Virus record (IMG/VR): IMGVR_UViG_3300044272_004843 | Location: 1 to 24,966 of that record | DNA from: a virus | Lineage: Duplodnaviria; Caudoviricetes | Reading direction: 5' to 3' (one strand) | Length of the DNA: 24,966 nt | Shown: in pieces, positions 1 to 9,376 of the stretch | How positions within the stretch are numbered: position 1 is the first letter of the stretch | How the letters are laid out: the number at the start of each line of letters is the position of its first letter | Position numbers and translations under genes: made by a program | Notes under the pieces: generated by a model | What the model was told of the DNA's origin: nothing | What the model saw: the letters and a program-made list of their open reading frames with translations, nothing else | Database searches by the model: none

Positions 1-266
1 CTTTGTTGTGCAACTTGCTTCATAACGAAATTTTCAATGTCTTCACCAGTAAGAGATTTTGGATTTTTAAATAGCAAGAACAAACCCACTGCCTGTAATA
101 TTTCACTGACATCTCCTCTACTACCAATAGGAGCTTCTGACAGTTTGCCAAGTCCTTTGGTTGGATCATACACTAACTTTACTTTGCCATTTTTTGTTTT
201 GACACGATAAGGATATCTTAGGACTGATGGATGAAATCCAAGTTTGGCCAGTTCGTTAATCCGCAT
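1..266 (-). CDS. Hypothetical phage protein, N-terminal part (runs off the window edge); not in the ORF track
   Basis: Manual translation from ATG at 266 is open to position 1: MRINELAKLGFHPSVLRYPYRVKTKNGKVKLVYDPTKGLGKLSEAPIGSRGDVSEILQAVGLFLLFKNPKSLTGEDIENFVMKQVAQQ. TAAATA lies 5 nt upstream. Confidence 0.8.
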   Translation of the reverse strand, partial: MRINELAKLGFHPSVLRYPYRVKTKNGKVKLVYDPTKGLGKLSEAPIGSRGDVSEILQAVGLFLLFKNPKSLTGEDIENFVMKQVAQQ

Positions 267-274
267 GTGTGTAT

Positions 275-1555
275 TTAATCGTTTTCCTGGAGCCAAGTTT
301 CAAAGGCACTGCCTAATACAGATACATCTTTGCCTGTTTTTTGGGCAAATTGTTTGGTGAATGTTTTAAGATCTTTCTGCAACACATCAATGTTTTCAAT
401 AGGAGAGTTGTTGTTCAGTGTGTCCACAACATTTTGTATCTGATCATATGCATCAAGTTTAACAAAAATTTCCTTGTTTTTTTCCAATTGATGGTTAATT
501 TTATGTGCTAGATTGTCACGTATGTGTTTAGGCAACACACGTAACGATTGAAATGCTGGATTAACAACTTGATAAGCTCCTGAACTATACACGTATGGCT
601 GTGTTGCTATCCATTCAAGAAATTTGTCATAGTTTAACACAGTCAGAGCACTAATAGTACATGCTAAACTAATCACCACACCTTTGGCATTCAAGTTGGT
701 GATGTTTTGTAGTATGGTGTTCCAATCAGTGCCATATCTTGTAAATTCAGCAGACTGTTCAATATTTTCAACACTACCATATATTTGTATTTTCTTGAAG
801 TCATTGATGTAATTGGCCAACACATTTATGTTGAATTTGTTGCTGGGGCAACAGTTTGAGAAAATTTGCATCCCCATATGTTTACAATTCAACGTTGATA
901 AAAATTTAATGAACTTCCAAAATGTTGGACTGGTGCATGGTTCTCCTCCTAGGAAACGCACTGTGTTAATTTTAGTATGGTTGTTTTCAAAATATTTGCA
1001 CAGCTCATTGTACAAACGTTCATGTTGTGTATCATCAATTTTGTATGTGTTTAAACTTTTTTTATATCGTTCTGTTTCATCAGAATGAATATTTTCAAAA
1101 TATCCTTGTTTGTGTAGCAGGTTGCCCCATGTGGTGCTTTGACTGTTATCACAGTATGAACAGGCAAAATTACAAAGATTATCAAATGTTATGGCCACTG
1201 TGCTAGGCACGACATCTTTGTCTTGTGTAAACACACTTGGATCATATCCTTCTTGCATGTATGTTTGACTTTGGATTAATCTATCACTTACACTGCCTTG
1301 CCGTTCCAGTTTCCAACAGTAGTCACAACCTTTTGGTTGTTGTCCAGACAACATGGCCTGTCTTTCTTTTGTTTTTTGTGGTGTGTTGAAAATGTCTCTA
1401 CCAACAGCCACTTTGGAAATTTTGTGGGGCAGGTTAAGATGGCAACTTGCTGTGGTGTGTTGATTAAAATTAATATCAGAATGCAACCATTTTGCATAAC
1501 AAACACTTGGGGATATTTTATCTAAGTGTGCTTTAACTGACTTAAGATCTTTCAC
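275..1555 (-). CDS. Radical SAM protein with an N-terminal Cys-containing (SPASM/twitch-like) extension
   Basis: CNFACSYC (CxxxCxxC) and FLGGEP motifs; extra N-terminal Cys in CYAKW, SCH and CDYC. GTG at 1555 (8 nt after TAATTA) is preferred over TTG at 1576, but the start is uncertain. Confidence 0.85.
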   Translation of the reverse strand: MKDLKSVKAHLDKISPSVCYAKWLHSDINFNQHTTASCHLNLPHKISKVAVGRDIFNTPQKTKERQAMLSGQQPKGCDYCWKLERQGSVSDRLIQSQTYMQEGYDPSVFTQDKDVVPSTVAITFDNLCNFACSYCDNSQSTTWGNLLHKQGYFENIHSDETERYKKSLNTYKIDDTQHERLYNELCKYFENNHTKINTVRFLGGEPCTSPTFWKFIKFLSTLNCKHMGMQIFSNCCPSNKFNINVLANYINDFKKIQIYGSVENIEQSAEFTRYGTDWNTILQNITNLNAKGVVISLACTISALTVLNYDKFLEWIATQPYVYSSGAYQVVNPAFQSLRVLPKHIRDNLAHKINHQLEKNKEIFVKLDAYDQIQNVVDTLNNNSPIENIDVLQKDLKTFTKQFAQKTGKDVSVLGSAFETWLQEND

Positions 1556-1595
1556 TATAACAATAATTATAGGCAAAAAACCTTATCTTCTCAAT

Positions 1596-2033
1596 CTATG
1601 AACTAATACTTGGTCGTAGTCCTTGTTCAATCTTACCTGCTGGCGCTTTCCTTTCAAGCATACCAACATACACAATGACCAGCCTTCCAGTGGGTAACAT
1701 GACAGTGGCCTGCCATAATTCTCCATTTTGATCATCACCATATAGATCCGGATATACTTGAAGTTTTTCAACCAATTGAACAACATAGTTGTAGTTGCCA
1801 TCAAACACACATTCACCTGACTGCAAAGCAGACAACCAAACGGTATCAGCAAGTTCCTTATCTTCTTGGGTCTCTGTTTTCATGAGGTCTGCCATTATTT
1901 CTAACACATTAGATGTTTCACACATGGACACTACTCTTGCGTAGTCGCCAGCATACCATCTATGATCTTGTGCAAATAATGATTGTGTAGTAAGGAAATA
2001 GATTGTAGCTATGAATAACAATATTTTTTTCAT
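1596..2033 (-). CDS. Hypothetical exported protein with a Sec-type signal peptide
   Basis: MKK + hydrophobic core + SLFA|Q cleavage-like site; two Cys; TAAATA 9 nt upstream. Confidence 0.75.
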   Translation of the reverse strand: MKKILLFIATIYFLTTQSLFAQDHRWYAGDYARVVSMCETSNVLEIMADLMKTETQEDKELADTVWLSALQSGECVFDGNYNYVVQLVEKLQVYPDLYGDDQNGELWQATVMLPTGRLVIVYVGMLERKAPAGKIEQGLRPSISS

Positions 2034-2115
2034 TTACACTTATATTTAATTTTTGTTACAGTCAAAATGAAGCAAAATTGATAGGATTTTGTGCATAACA
2101 GGTATGCAAAAAGAT

Positions 2116-2595
2116 TTAGTTAGCACCGACGTGTGTGGCGCCCATTGCTTTGCCATCTCTGGCGATTCTGTTCATACGCATGATTACATCATTGAAATAG
2201 CCTTCGCGTTTGCCTCCGGATATAGATGTCATGCCTCCTGGCGTCTTATCAACCTCCGGCTCTTGCTCTGGGGATGGTTTTCCAATATTTTTTTGTAACC
2301 ATTGTGTGGCCCTTGCAATGAATTCATCTATAGGAATACTGCCAGCATACACATCATAACCTAATGCATCAAACACTTCTCCTGCGTTAAGATTCGAAAG
2401 ATTTAAATCATGTTGTGGATTATATTTTGGATTTAAAAATTTGTTTGGATCACCATCAAAATCAGTTTTGTATACTATGTCTTGATATCTGTCTTCATCA
2501 CCAGTAACCATGCTAAAATAATTGTCACCAGGATTTTTCTTATACGCATGGAAGCTCATGCTTTCGTTGATATTGTCTAATTCAAATAATCTCAT
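2116..2595 (-). CDS. Hypothetical phage protein (starts MRLFELD)
   Basis: 159-aa ORF, ATGA-coupled to the upstream gene; no functional motif recognised. Confidence 0.75.
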   Translation of the reverse strand: MRLFELDNINESMSFHAYKKNPGDNYFSMVTGDEDRYQDIVYKTDFDGDPNKFLNPKYNPQHDLNLSNLNAGEVFDALGYDVYAGSIPIDEFIARATQWLQKNIGKPSPEQEPEVDKTPGGMTSISGGKREGYFNDVIMRMNRIARDGKAMGATHVGAN

Positions 2596-3131
2596 TTGTT
2601 TAGTACTTGTTGTAATTGTTTAATTGTATTATTTACCGTGTCGTTTGTGTGCTGTATGCCTATTCCGCCTGCTGATCGCCACTTTTTAATGTTATATCCA
2701 AAGTCATCTATCAATATGTTTGCACTTCCGTCTGATTGTGTGGCATAGATGCCTTTGTCTGCTGTTGCAGGCATAATAATTATTTCGTTTGGTTGCAGTT
2801 GCATGTTGGCTTGCACCCATTGTTTTTTCTGTGCAACCACACGTTTGTCACCAGCAAGTGCTTTGGAAAGAACTTTGTATTGCCCATTGAATAATGATTG
2901 TATGGCTGACAACAATTTTGGTACTCCAGACAGCACATCTAGGTTAATCCAAAAATCTTGCTGTTTGGTTATGTCTCTCAGAACCTGGCTGACAGTGTCT
3001 TTGGATGCATCTTTCCATGATGACACGCCTGCCATCTTGTTGAATGGACCATAAAAGTCAGCCAACACTCCATCCATGTCTACATATAATATAGGCGAAT
3101 TAACCTTGGTTTCTAGTTCATACAGTAACAT
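2592..3131 (-). CDS. HAD-superfamily 5'(3')-deoxyribonucleotidase-like protein (NT5C type)
   Basis: HAD motif I LYVDMDGVLADF; motif IV LIDD followed by NIKKWRSAGGIGIQH. Confidence 0.85.
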   Translation of the reverse strand: MLLYELETKVNSPILYVDMDGVLADFYGPFNKMAGVSSWKDASKDTVSQVLRDITKQQDFWINLDVLSGVPKLLSAIQSLFNGQYKVLSKALAGDKRVVAQKKQWVQANMQLQPNEIIIMPATADKGIYATQSDGSANILIDDFGYNIKKWRSAGGIGIQHTNDTVNNTIKQLQQVLNK

Positions 3132-3135
3132 GTTA

Positions 3136-3957
3136 TCATTTAATTAAGCGTAGTGCTTTCATCATTTTGCTTAGTGTTTTTTTGTTCACATCTTTAGTTG
3201 TGTTTTGCTTGCTAATGATGCCAACTCCGGCAGCTTCATCTGGATTACGTTGTGTTACTGGGGGAACTTTCGATCGCATTTTGTCTTTGGGATCAGTTTC
3301 TCTGGCGCCTCTGGCCTTGGCGGCTTTTGTTAATCTGCCTTTGACTAGGTTGCCAGTTTTAGTAAAATATGTGCCACGTGGTGCTTCTTTGGTTTCATCT
3401 ATGTTCATGCCATCACGGACAGCATCATAAATTTTTTGTTTGGTGTCTTCTGTGCCGCCAAACATAGTTGAAAAGCCATCGAAGTCACCTTGCACTGCCG
3501 CTTCACGGGCCTTGGATGCACTAACACCTTCTAAAGAATCGGAATCAGGATCTCTGTCTCCTGCGGAGATAACATTTATAACATCAAAGTTGTATTCCTT
3601 GTTATTGTATTTGTCCAACAAATTTTTAAATGCTGTAACTCTATCTGATCCTGCAACCATTGTGACGTTTTTATGTCCTGCAACTTCTAAAAATTTCATG
3701 ACATCTATTATAGTTCTGATGCTTGTGTCGTTAATTATTCTGTCAGCCATTTCTGGAAACTGTGCATCTATAAAACTAATCTTTTGTTCTCTTGATAAAG
3801 GATTTTTTTTGTTATCTTGTGTAGGAGATACAAACACAAAATGAACTGGACTTACAGCGGCAAGTTTATCATATAATTTTTTATGTCCTATAGTAGGTGG
3901 ATTAAATCTGCCGAAAACAAATGCCGCAGTTTTACTTTCTATTTCTGCTAATTTCAT
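3136..3957 (-). CDS. HxGH-class nucleotidyltransferase (cytidylyltransferase/NMNAT/PPAT-like) with a basic C-terminal extension
   Basis: FVFGRFNPPTIGH, KNPLS, VAGSDR and VSASKAR motifs; about 85-aa Lys/Arg-rich tail. Confidence 0.8.
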   Translation of the reverse strand: MKLAEIESKTAAFVFGRFNPPTIGHKKLYDKLAAVSPVHFVFVSPTQDNKKNPLSREQKISFIDAQFPEMADRIINDTSIRTIIDVMKFLEVAGHKNVTMVAGSDRVTAFKNLLDKYNNKEYNFDVINVISAGDRDPDSDSLEGVSASKAREAAVQGDFDGFSTMFGGTEDTKQKIYDAVRDGMNIDETKEAPRGTYFTKTGNLVKGRLTKAAKARGARETDPKDKMRSKVPPVTQRNPDEAAGVGIISKQNTTKDVNKKTLSKMMKALRLIK

Positions 3958-4207
3958 TTTCTATTATTTCATTGTATAGATCAACAGCAATTTCGTCTTT
4001 TGCTTCTTTAGGTATATCTTTGTAATTTAAATTGTTATTTTTACAAAATTTCATAGTAACATTATCAACCAGTTCTTTCAACCTTTCAGTAGCTCGATTG
4101 GGATTCAAAGTCATTAACTTTACTGTGGGAACATAATGCTTCCGATAATTTTCTTCATCATCGAATATAGATACAAAAATTGCGTCTTTGATGTCTTCTT
4201 GGTGCAT
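3932..4207 (-). CDS. Hypothetical protein, 91 aa
   Basis: ATG at 4207 lies 6 nt after TAAATA (4214-4219); overlaps the next gene by 26 nt. Confidence 0.7.
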   Translation of the reverse strand: MHQEDIKDAIFVSIFDDEENYRKHYVPTVKLMTLNPNRATERLKELVDNVTMKFCKNNNLNYKDIPKEAKDEIAVDLYNEIIENEISRNRK

Positions 4208-4248
4208 AAGCAATATTTATTTCAAGGCAAATTTGTTAGATCAGATGA

Positions 4249-4440
4249 TTATGCAGGTATTTTGTATACAAATTCATATCCATGCAATTGGCCCACATAC
4301 AAATTTGGTTTGGTCCTTTTTAGTGTTAGTTTTAAGTCCCCTGGGTTCATCACAGCAGTGATCCATCCATCTGATTGACTAATTATCTCTGCTTCAACCA
4401 GTTTGTCATTATCTGTACAATGCAGTTTAATGGTATTCAT
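4249..4440 (-). CDS. Small hypothetical protein, 63 aa
   Basis: Fills the gap between genes; ATG lies 6 nt after a TTGACA-16-TAAAAT promoter. Confidence 0.75.
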   Translation of the reverse strand: MNTIKLHCTDNDKLVEAEIISQSDGWITAVMNPGDLKLTLKRTKPNLYVGQLHGYEFVYKIPA

Positions 4441-4446
4441 GTGTTG

Positions 4447-4474
4447 ATTTTATATGAAAATTTGTATCTGTCAA
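4447..4474 (-). promoter_or_regulatory. Sigma70-like promoter TTGACA-N16-TAAAAT
   Basis: -35 at 4474-4469, -10 at 4452-4447, ATG at 4440. Confidence 0.6.
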
Positions 4475-4476
4475 TA

Positions 4477-4821
4477 CTATTTCGAATAGCCAACAGTATC
4501 ACGTTTGATGTCTTTTTCAGGAAATTCTGCCCAATACAGTTCATATGCAATTGTGTCTTCGAGTGACTCAAATTGATGTAGAAGTCCTGGTTTTACTTTG
4601 GTATATTGACCAGCCTCTACAATGGTTTCATCACATAAATCATAATCTTTTTGCCAAACACGTATCAACAATTTGCCTTTTTCAACAAAAAAGCCATTCC
4701 ATTTATATTCGTGTATATGTTTGGAACATACTCCGCCTTTGTTTGTAACAATCCTATGAAACTCAAGAACTCCATTGCGTTCTACTAATTCTGTGGTGCC
4801 CCACACTTTTCCTGCTATCAT
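4477..4821 (-). CDS. Cupin-fold protein (mannose-6-phosphate isomerase-like)
   Basis: KVWG start, SKHIHEYK (HxH) and VKPGLLHQF cupin motifs. Confidence 0.8.
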   Translation of the reverse strand: MIAGKVWGTTELVERNGVLEFHRIVTNKGGVCSKHIHEYKWNGFFVEKGKLLIRVWQKDYDLCDETIVEAGQYTKVKPGLLHQFESLEDTIAYELYWAEFPEKDIKRDTVGYSK

Positions 4822-4841
4822 GCAGTTAATTATAATTGGTC

Positions 4842-5201
4842 CTAGAAGTTAAGTTGAATTTTGGTTACAGATCCTGTTTCCACAGTCACCACAGATCTTA
4901 CCCATACAAAGTTACCAGTAAAATTGACGTATTGGGTAGACACAACACTGGAGCCATCTCCAACCGATGTGCCATCTATATCAAAAAAATCAGTCGATCC
5001 TGTAGTCTCTTCTGGATTGGTTGCTAAGGAACCTTGCATTTTTATTGTGCCAACAAAGTCAGAAGAACAAATGTATGCCACTGTGTGTAATCCATCAGCG
5101 TTGCCAAAGTAGCCATCTGCTTTTACTTTATCAGAAATAGTTGATGCTGTAGAATCATCAGCGTTCACTTGCGATTGTACTATAGTTGATACCCCTGGCA
5201 T
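4842..5201 (-). CDS. Hypothetical beta-rich protein, possibly virion-associated
   Basis: S/T/G/V-rich 119 aa; TAAATA 6 nt upstream. Confidence 0.7.
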   Translation of the reverse strand: MPGVSTIVQSQVNADDSTASTISDKVKADGYFGNADGLHTVAYICSSDFVGTIKMQGSLATNPEETTGSTDFFDIDGTSVGDGSSVVSTQYVNFTGNFVWVRSVVTVETGSVTKIQLNF

Positions 5202-5210
5202 GAACTATAT

Positions 5211-5495
5211 TTATTGTTGCATTTCCGGGAATAGTCTGTGGATTGTGGATTCATCCATGCCGTTGATCTGATGCACACTAGGAGATCCAACTATATATTC
5301 TCTTAGATTTTCAGGATCACATCCTTTTATGTATATGGTGCCGTGTGGCCCTTTTGCACAATCTTCATACAGTATATCTTTATCGAGTGTAACTGGCATG
5401 CCTCCTACTCCGGTGGATTTTATAGTTGCCTTTATTAATGAATTTGTTTTACAAAAATTTTTACTGATCATATATTCTACTACGTTATTGTCCAT
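5211..5495 (-). CDS. Hypothetical protein, 94 aa
   Basis: AGGAGA Shine-Dalgarno (SD); abuts the clpA stop codon. Confidence 0.75.
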   Translation of the reverse strand: MDNNVVEYMISKNFCKTNSLIKATIKSTGVGGMPVTLDKDILYEDCAKGPHGTIYIKGCDPENLREYIVGSPSVHQINGMDESTIHRLFPEMQQ

Positions 5496-7706
5496 TTATT
5501 CTCCTATGATATATTCATCATTGTTTTTGTCAAATGCTATTGTGACCTTTACATCAGATAAGGATTCAAATAATATTTTTTTAGACAATGGCAGTTTTAT
5601 CCTTGTGTTGATAACACGTTGAAGTGGCCTTGCTCCCATCTTAGGATCAAATCCTTCTTCAAGTAGTTGTGTTTTTGCAGTGTCATCTAATCTAATTGAT
5701 ATTCCTTTGTCACTTATTTGTGCAGATAGTTGTGATATAAATTTATCAATGATGCTTGTCATTACGTCTTTAGAAAGCATCTGGAATCGCAACACAGCAT
5801 CAAGTCTGTTTCTAAACTCTGGAGAAAAATAATTGTTAATATCAACTTCACCGTCATGTGTACCGTTCTCCATAAATCCAAGTGTGTTGGCCTGCATATC
5901 TTCGGCTCCGAGATTAGAAGTCATTAGTATCACTGAATTGTTAAGTTTAACTTTTTTTCCGTTGGATGCTGTAATCACAGCGTCATCCATTGCTTGTAAT
6001 AAAATGGTCATAACATCTTTATGTGCCTTTTCCACTTCGTCAAATAAAATTACTGCATTCGGATGTTTTTCAAGTTCATTTATTAGTTGTCCTGATCCGG
6101 TATTGCCATCATCATATCCAACATATCCTGGCGGTGATCCTATTAATTTTGCAACGGAATGTTTTTCTTGATACTCTGACATGTCAAATTTTATCAAAGG
6201 AATATTCATACCATCAGCAAGTTGTCTTGCTGTTTCTGTTTTACCACAACCAGTTGGGCCAACACACAAAAATGATCCAATTGGTTTATTCTCTTGTTTA
6301 AGTCCAGCTTGTGCCACCAACACTGTGTCTACTAGTTTCTCAATAACATTATCTTGCCCATATACATTTTGTTTTATTGTGTCTGATAAGTTTTCAAGTG
6401 ATTGTGTTTTTGTTTGTATAATAGACTCAAACTTTACTCCTGATATTTTTGATACTTGCTCTTGGACATCTTTTATATCAACATCTCTAAATGCATCAAA
6501 TATTTTTGCTTTAGCACATGCTCTATCAAGCACATCAATCGATTTGTCTGGCAGTTGTCTATCAGTGATGTATTTTACTGCACTGTCTACTGATGTTTCA
6601 ACTGCATTGTCTGTAATTTTAACTTTATGATATTCTTCAAATTGAGTTTTTAATCCATGCATTATTTGTTTGGCATGTTCAACAGTTGGCTCTTCAATGT
6701 TTACTTTTGCAAATCTACGCATCAAAGCACGATCTTTTTCAAAGTGTTTGCGATATTCCTCCCATGTGGTGGATGCTATTACTTTTAAGTCACCTCTCGC
6801 TAATGATGGCTTCAATAAATTAGCCAAATCCACGCCACCTTGTCCTCCAGCTCCGGCACCATGCATCATGTGTGCTTCATCGATGAACATAATTGCATTG
6901 TTTGACTTTTCCAAAATGCTTAATAATACTTTGAGTCTTTCTTCAAAATCGCCCCTATACTTTGAGCCTGCAATAAGCGAACCAACATCTACAGAATATA
7001 TTGTATGATCCTTGAGAACATCTGGAACTTGATTGTTGACAATCATGTGTGCAAGGCCTTCTGCAACAGCAGTCTTACCTACCCCAGGATCTCCTATCAT
7101 AATGACGTTGTTTTTAATTTTTCGTCCTAATACTAATGTAATTTCATCGACTACGTCTTGACGTCCAATGCATTGAAACGTTTTGTTTTGTTGTGCTTGT
7201 TCATTCAAATTTACTGTGTATTGTTTTAAAATTTTAGATGCTTGTTTTGAACTTATTTTTGTTTCATTGTCTGTATCATTTTCTACGGAATAGTCAACAA
7301 TTAATTTTTTAGTGACTCCGCTTTTTTTAAGGAAGAAACATGCATGTGAATTAGATTCTGAAAACATTGCATTAATCAAATGGAAACAACTTACTGCGTC
7401 ATGACCTGAAAAAATAGCTTGGGTGAATGCTCTGTTTACAGTTCTTTCAGTTGATTGTGTCCTTTTTGGATAAACTTCTTCTGTTACTTTTATTTCATTC
7501 AACTTGTTTTTAATGTAATCATCTACGTCAGTTAACAATTGTTCATAATTTACTTCTTTGTTGTTTTGAAGCATGTCATACACTTCTGGCTGTGATAGTA
7601 AAACATTTAAAAGATGTTCTAGCGTAATGTATTCGTGTTTGTATGACCTTGCAAGTTTAAGTGCTTCGTCAAAAATTGCTTTAAGTCTATCGTCTGCTTG
7701 TATCAT
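5496..7706 (-). CDS. clpA: ATP-dependent Clp protease ATP-binding subunit ClpA
   Basis: Clp N-domain ([10 protein letters not shown]); two AAA+ modules ([14 protein letters not shown] and [15 protein letters not shown]); KYRG and GYVG pore loops; LGF ClpP-docking loop; no ClpB M-domain. Confidence 0.93.
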   Translation of the reverse strand: MIQADDRLKAIFDEALKLARSYKHEYITLEHLLNVLLSQPEVYDMLQNNKEVNYEQLLTDVDDYIKNKLNEIKVTEEVYPKRTQSTERTVNRAFTQAIFSGHDAVSCFHLINAMFSESNSHACFFLKKSGVTKKLIVDYSVENDTDNETKISSKQASKILKQYTVNLNEQAQQNKTFQCIGRQDVVDEITLVLGRKIKNNVIMIGDPGVGKTAVAEGLAHMIVNNQVPDVLKDHTIYSVDVGSLIAGSKYRGDFEERLKVLLSILEKSNNAIMFIDEAHMMHGAGAGGQGGVDLANLLKPSLARGDLKVIASTTWEEYRKHFEKDRALMRRFAKVNIEEPTVEHAKQIMHGLKTQFEEYHKVKITDNAVETSVDSAVKYITDRQLPDKSIDVLDRACAKAKIFDAFRDVDIKDVQEQVSKISGVKFESIIQTKTQSLENLSDTIKQNVYGQDNVIEKLVDTVLVAQAGLKQENKPIGSFLCVGPTGCGKTETARQLADGMNIPLIKFDMSEYQEKHSVAKLIGSPPGYVGYDDGNTGSGQLINELEKHPNAVILFDEVEKAHKDVMTILLQAMDDAVITASNGKKVKLNNSVILMTSNLGAEDMQANTLGFMENGTHDGEVDINNYFSPEFRNRLDAVLRFQMLSKDVMTSIIDKFISQLSAQISDKGISIRLDDTAKTQLLEEGFDPKMGARPLQRVINTRIKLPLSKKILFESLSDVKVTIAFDKNNDEYIIGE

Positions 7707-8202
7707 TTGCTTTTTTTTGTTTCTTCCTTGCCATATTTAATTTTAGTTTGCTGACATGATCAATAAACAACTTGCCATCTAGATGTTCTAATTCATGCTG
7801 TATACATTGTGCCCATAGATCTTCAAATCTGTCAACTGATTTTTGTAATTTTTCATCATAATATTCAACCACAACTGATTTTGCCCGTGAAATGCGTAAA
7901 AATAAATTAGGAAACGACAAACATCCTTCTTCTCTTAGTTGCTTTTCATTAGATGATTCGACAATTTTAGGATTAATAAAAGTTTTATTGCCCCACATGG
8001 TAAACATTCTTATACCAACAGATACTTGATTAGCCGCAAGTCCCAAACCATCTGCTTTTTTCATAGTGTTATGCATAAGATTAGCAATTTTATCCCACTC
8101 CAAGTCCTGCGTTAGATCCGATTCTGCAATGGCAGAGGTCAAAGCATCATGTCCTTCTAAATTTATTTTAAGAATATGATTCTGCGATTGATTTGATGTC
8201 AT
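7687..8202 (-). CDS. def: Peptide deformylase
   Basis: GLGLAANQV, EGCLS and QHELEHLDG motifs. Confidence 0.92.
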   Translation of the reverse strand: MTSNQSQNHILKINLEGHDALTSAIAESDLTQDLEWDKIANLMHNTMKKADGLGLAANQVSVGIRMFTMWGNKTFINPKIVESSNEKQLREEGCLSFPNLFLRISRAKSVVVEYYDEKLQKSVDRFEDLWAQCIQHELEHLDGKLFIDHVSKLKLNMARKKQKKANDTSRR

Positions 8203-8989
8203 CTTTGTCCTTTTCCTTTAAGTTTGTTGGTATAGCAACATTAACATGTACATATAAATGTCCTATGCGTTTATTCATACCAGTCAGTCCATGTTCAGGG
8301 ATACGCATTGTAGTTCCAGGTTGTGTTCCTGGTGGAATCTTTAGTGTTATTTTTTTTGTGTCAATATTATTGAAAATAATTTTGGTGCCAAGGATAGCTT
8401 GGAAACAACTAATAGTTTGTTCAGTGTGTAAATCTAGTCTTTGTCTATGAAACATTGGATGATTTTTGACTTTAATTTTACACATAAGATCACCAGGTGG
8501 TGCATTTTTAATAACGTTCATGCCTAAGCCTTTATATCGAATAGTTTGTCCTGTATCAATGCCTTTGGGGATGTCAATGACCATTGTTTTACCTGTTTGA
8601 TCGATTTGTATTTCTTTTTTACAACCATAATACACTTCTTCAAGGGTGCATTCTATTCCAATTTGTATTGGTTTATTTTGTGGCCTCCTTGGTCTCCTTG
8701 AATTAGCAAATCCTTCTCCAAAAAATTGTGTGAACATATCCTGCATATCGAAAGGATCACCTTGTGAAAAGTTAAAATTAAATCCATCACCACCGAATCT
8801 TTTTGACGCTTCATATTGTTGGCGTTTTTCCTGTGTTTTAATTTTATCATATGCTTCATTGATCTCTTTAAATTTATTTTCGTCGCCTCCCCGATCGGGG
8901 TGATATTGCACAGCAAGTTTCCTAAACGCGGCTTTTATTTGTTGATCGGATGCAGATTGGTCAACACCTAACGTTTGATAAGGATCCAT
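8168..8989 (-). CDS. dnaJ: DnaJ/CbpA-type co-chaperone (class B, no zinc finger)
   Basis: J-domain with HPD, G/F-rich linker and C-terminal substrate-binding domain. Start is 8989 (MDPYQ) or 8995. Confidence 0.9.
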   Translation of the reverse strand: MDPYQTLGVDQSASDQQIKAAFRKLAVQYHPDRGGDENKFKEINEAYDKIKTQEKRQQYEASKRFGGDGFNFNFSQGDPFDMQDMFTQFFGEGFANSRRPRRPQNKPIQIGIECTLEEVYYGCKKEIQIDQTGKTMVIDIPKGIDTGQTIRYKGLGMNVIKNAPPGDLMCKIKVKNHPMFHRQRLDLHTEQTISCFQAILGTKIIFNNIDTKKITLKIPPGTQPGTTMRIPEHGLTGMNKRIGHLYVHVNVAIPTNLKEKDKDDIKSIAESYS

Positions 8990-8995
8990 AGCCAT

Positions 8996-9023
8996 AGTAT
9001 ATTATATAATGCTGAATTGTCAA
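8996..9023 (-). promoter_or_regulatory. Sigma70-like promoter TTGACA-N16-TATACT
   Basis: -35 at 9023-9018, -10 at 9001-8996, 6 nt to ATG 8989. Confidence 0.6.
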
Positions 9024-9033
9024 ATGACAAGTG

Positions 9034-9369
9034 CTATTTGTCTGATTTTTTTGAAGAGCCAGTGTATAGACCAAACCATGCCGCACCAGCGCCTACTACA
9101 ATAGAGATCAAGCCTGATTGCTCTAAGGTTGGTGCAGGTAAAGCCATGTACCATATTACACATTTGTATAGAAGTATAATGTATGTCGTAATAAACACCC
9201 TAGGAAATATTCTCCAAGAGTCAACGGCTTTTGCAAGATGTATTAGGTTTGCATATGGATTTGGCCCAAGATCTTTTACTGATGTGTCTACTTCTAAATC
9301 CAGTTTTACTTTTTTGGACAGTTTCTGTCCATCTGCTGTGGTAATAATTTTATCAGTTTTTATTGGCAT
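9034..9369 (-). CDS. Membrane protein with two predicted TM helices, holin candidate
   Basis: Hydrophobic segments IFPRVFITTYIILLYKCVIWYM and GLISIVVGAGAAWFGLY; charged C-terminus; last gene of the lysis block. Confidence 0.6.
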   Translation of the reverse strand: MPIKTDKIITTADGQKLSKKVKLDLEVDTSVKDLGPNPYANLIHLAKAVDSWRIFPRVFITTYIILLYKCVIWYMALPAPTLEQSGLISIVVGAGAAWFGLYTGSSKKSDK

Positions 9370-9376
9370 GTTGTAT

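Noticed and set aside
2087-2112. TGCATA-N5-TATGCA inverted repeat after the 159-aa gene as a terminator
   Set aside because: Only a 6-bp AT-rich stem with no U tract on the coding strand; too weak to call.
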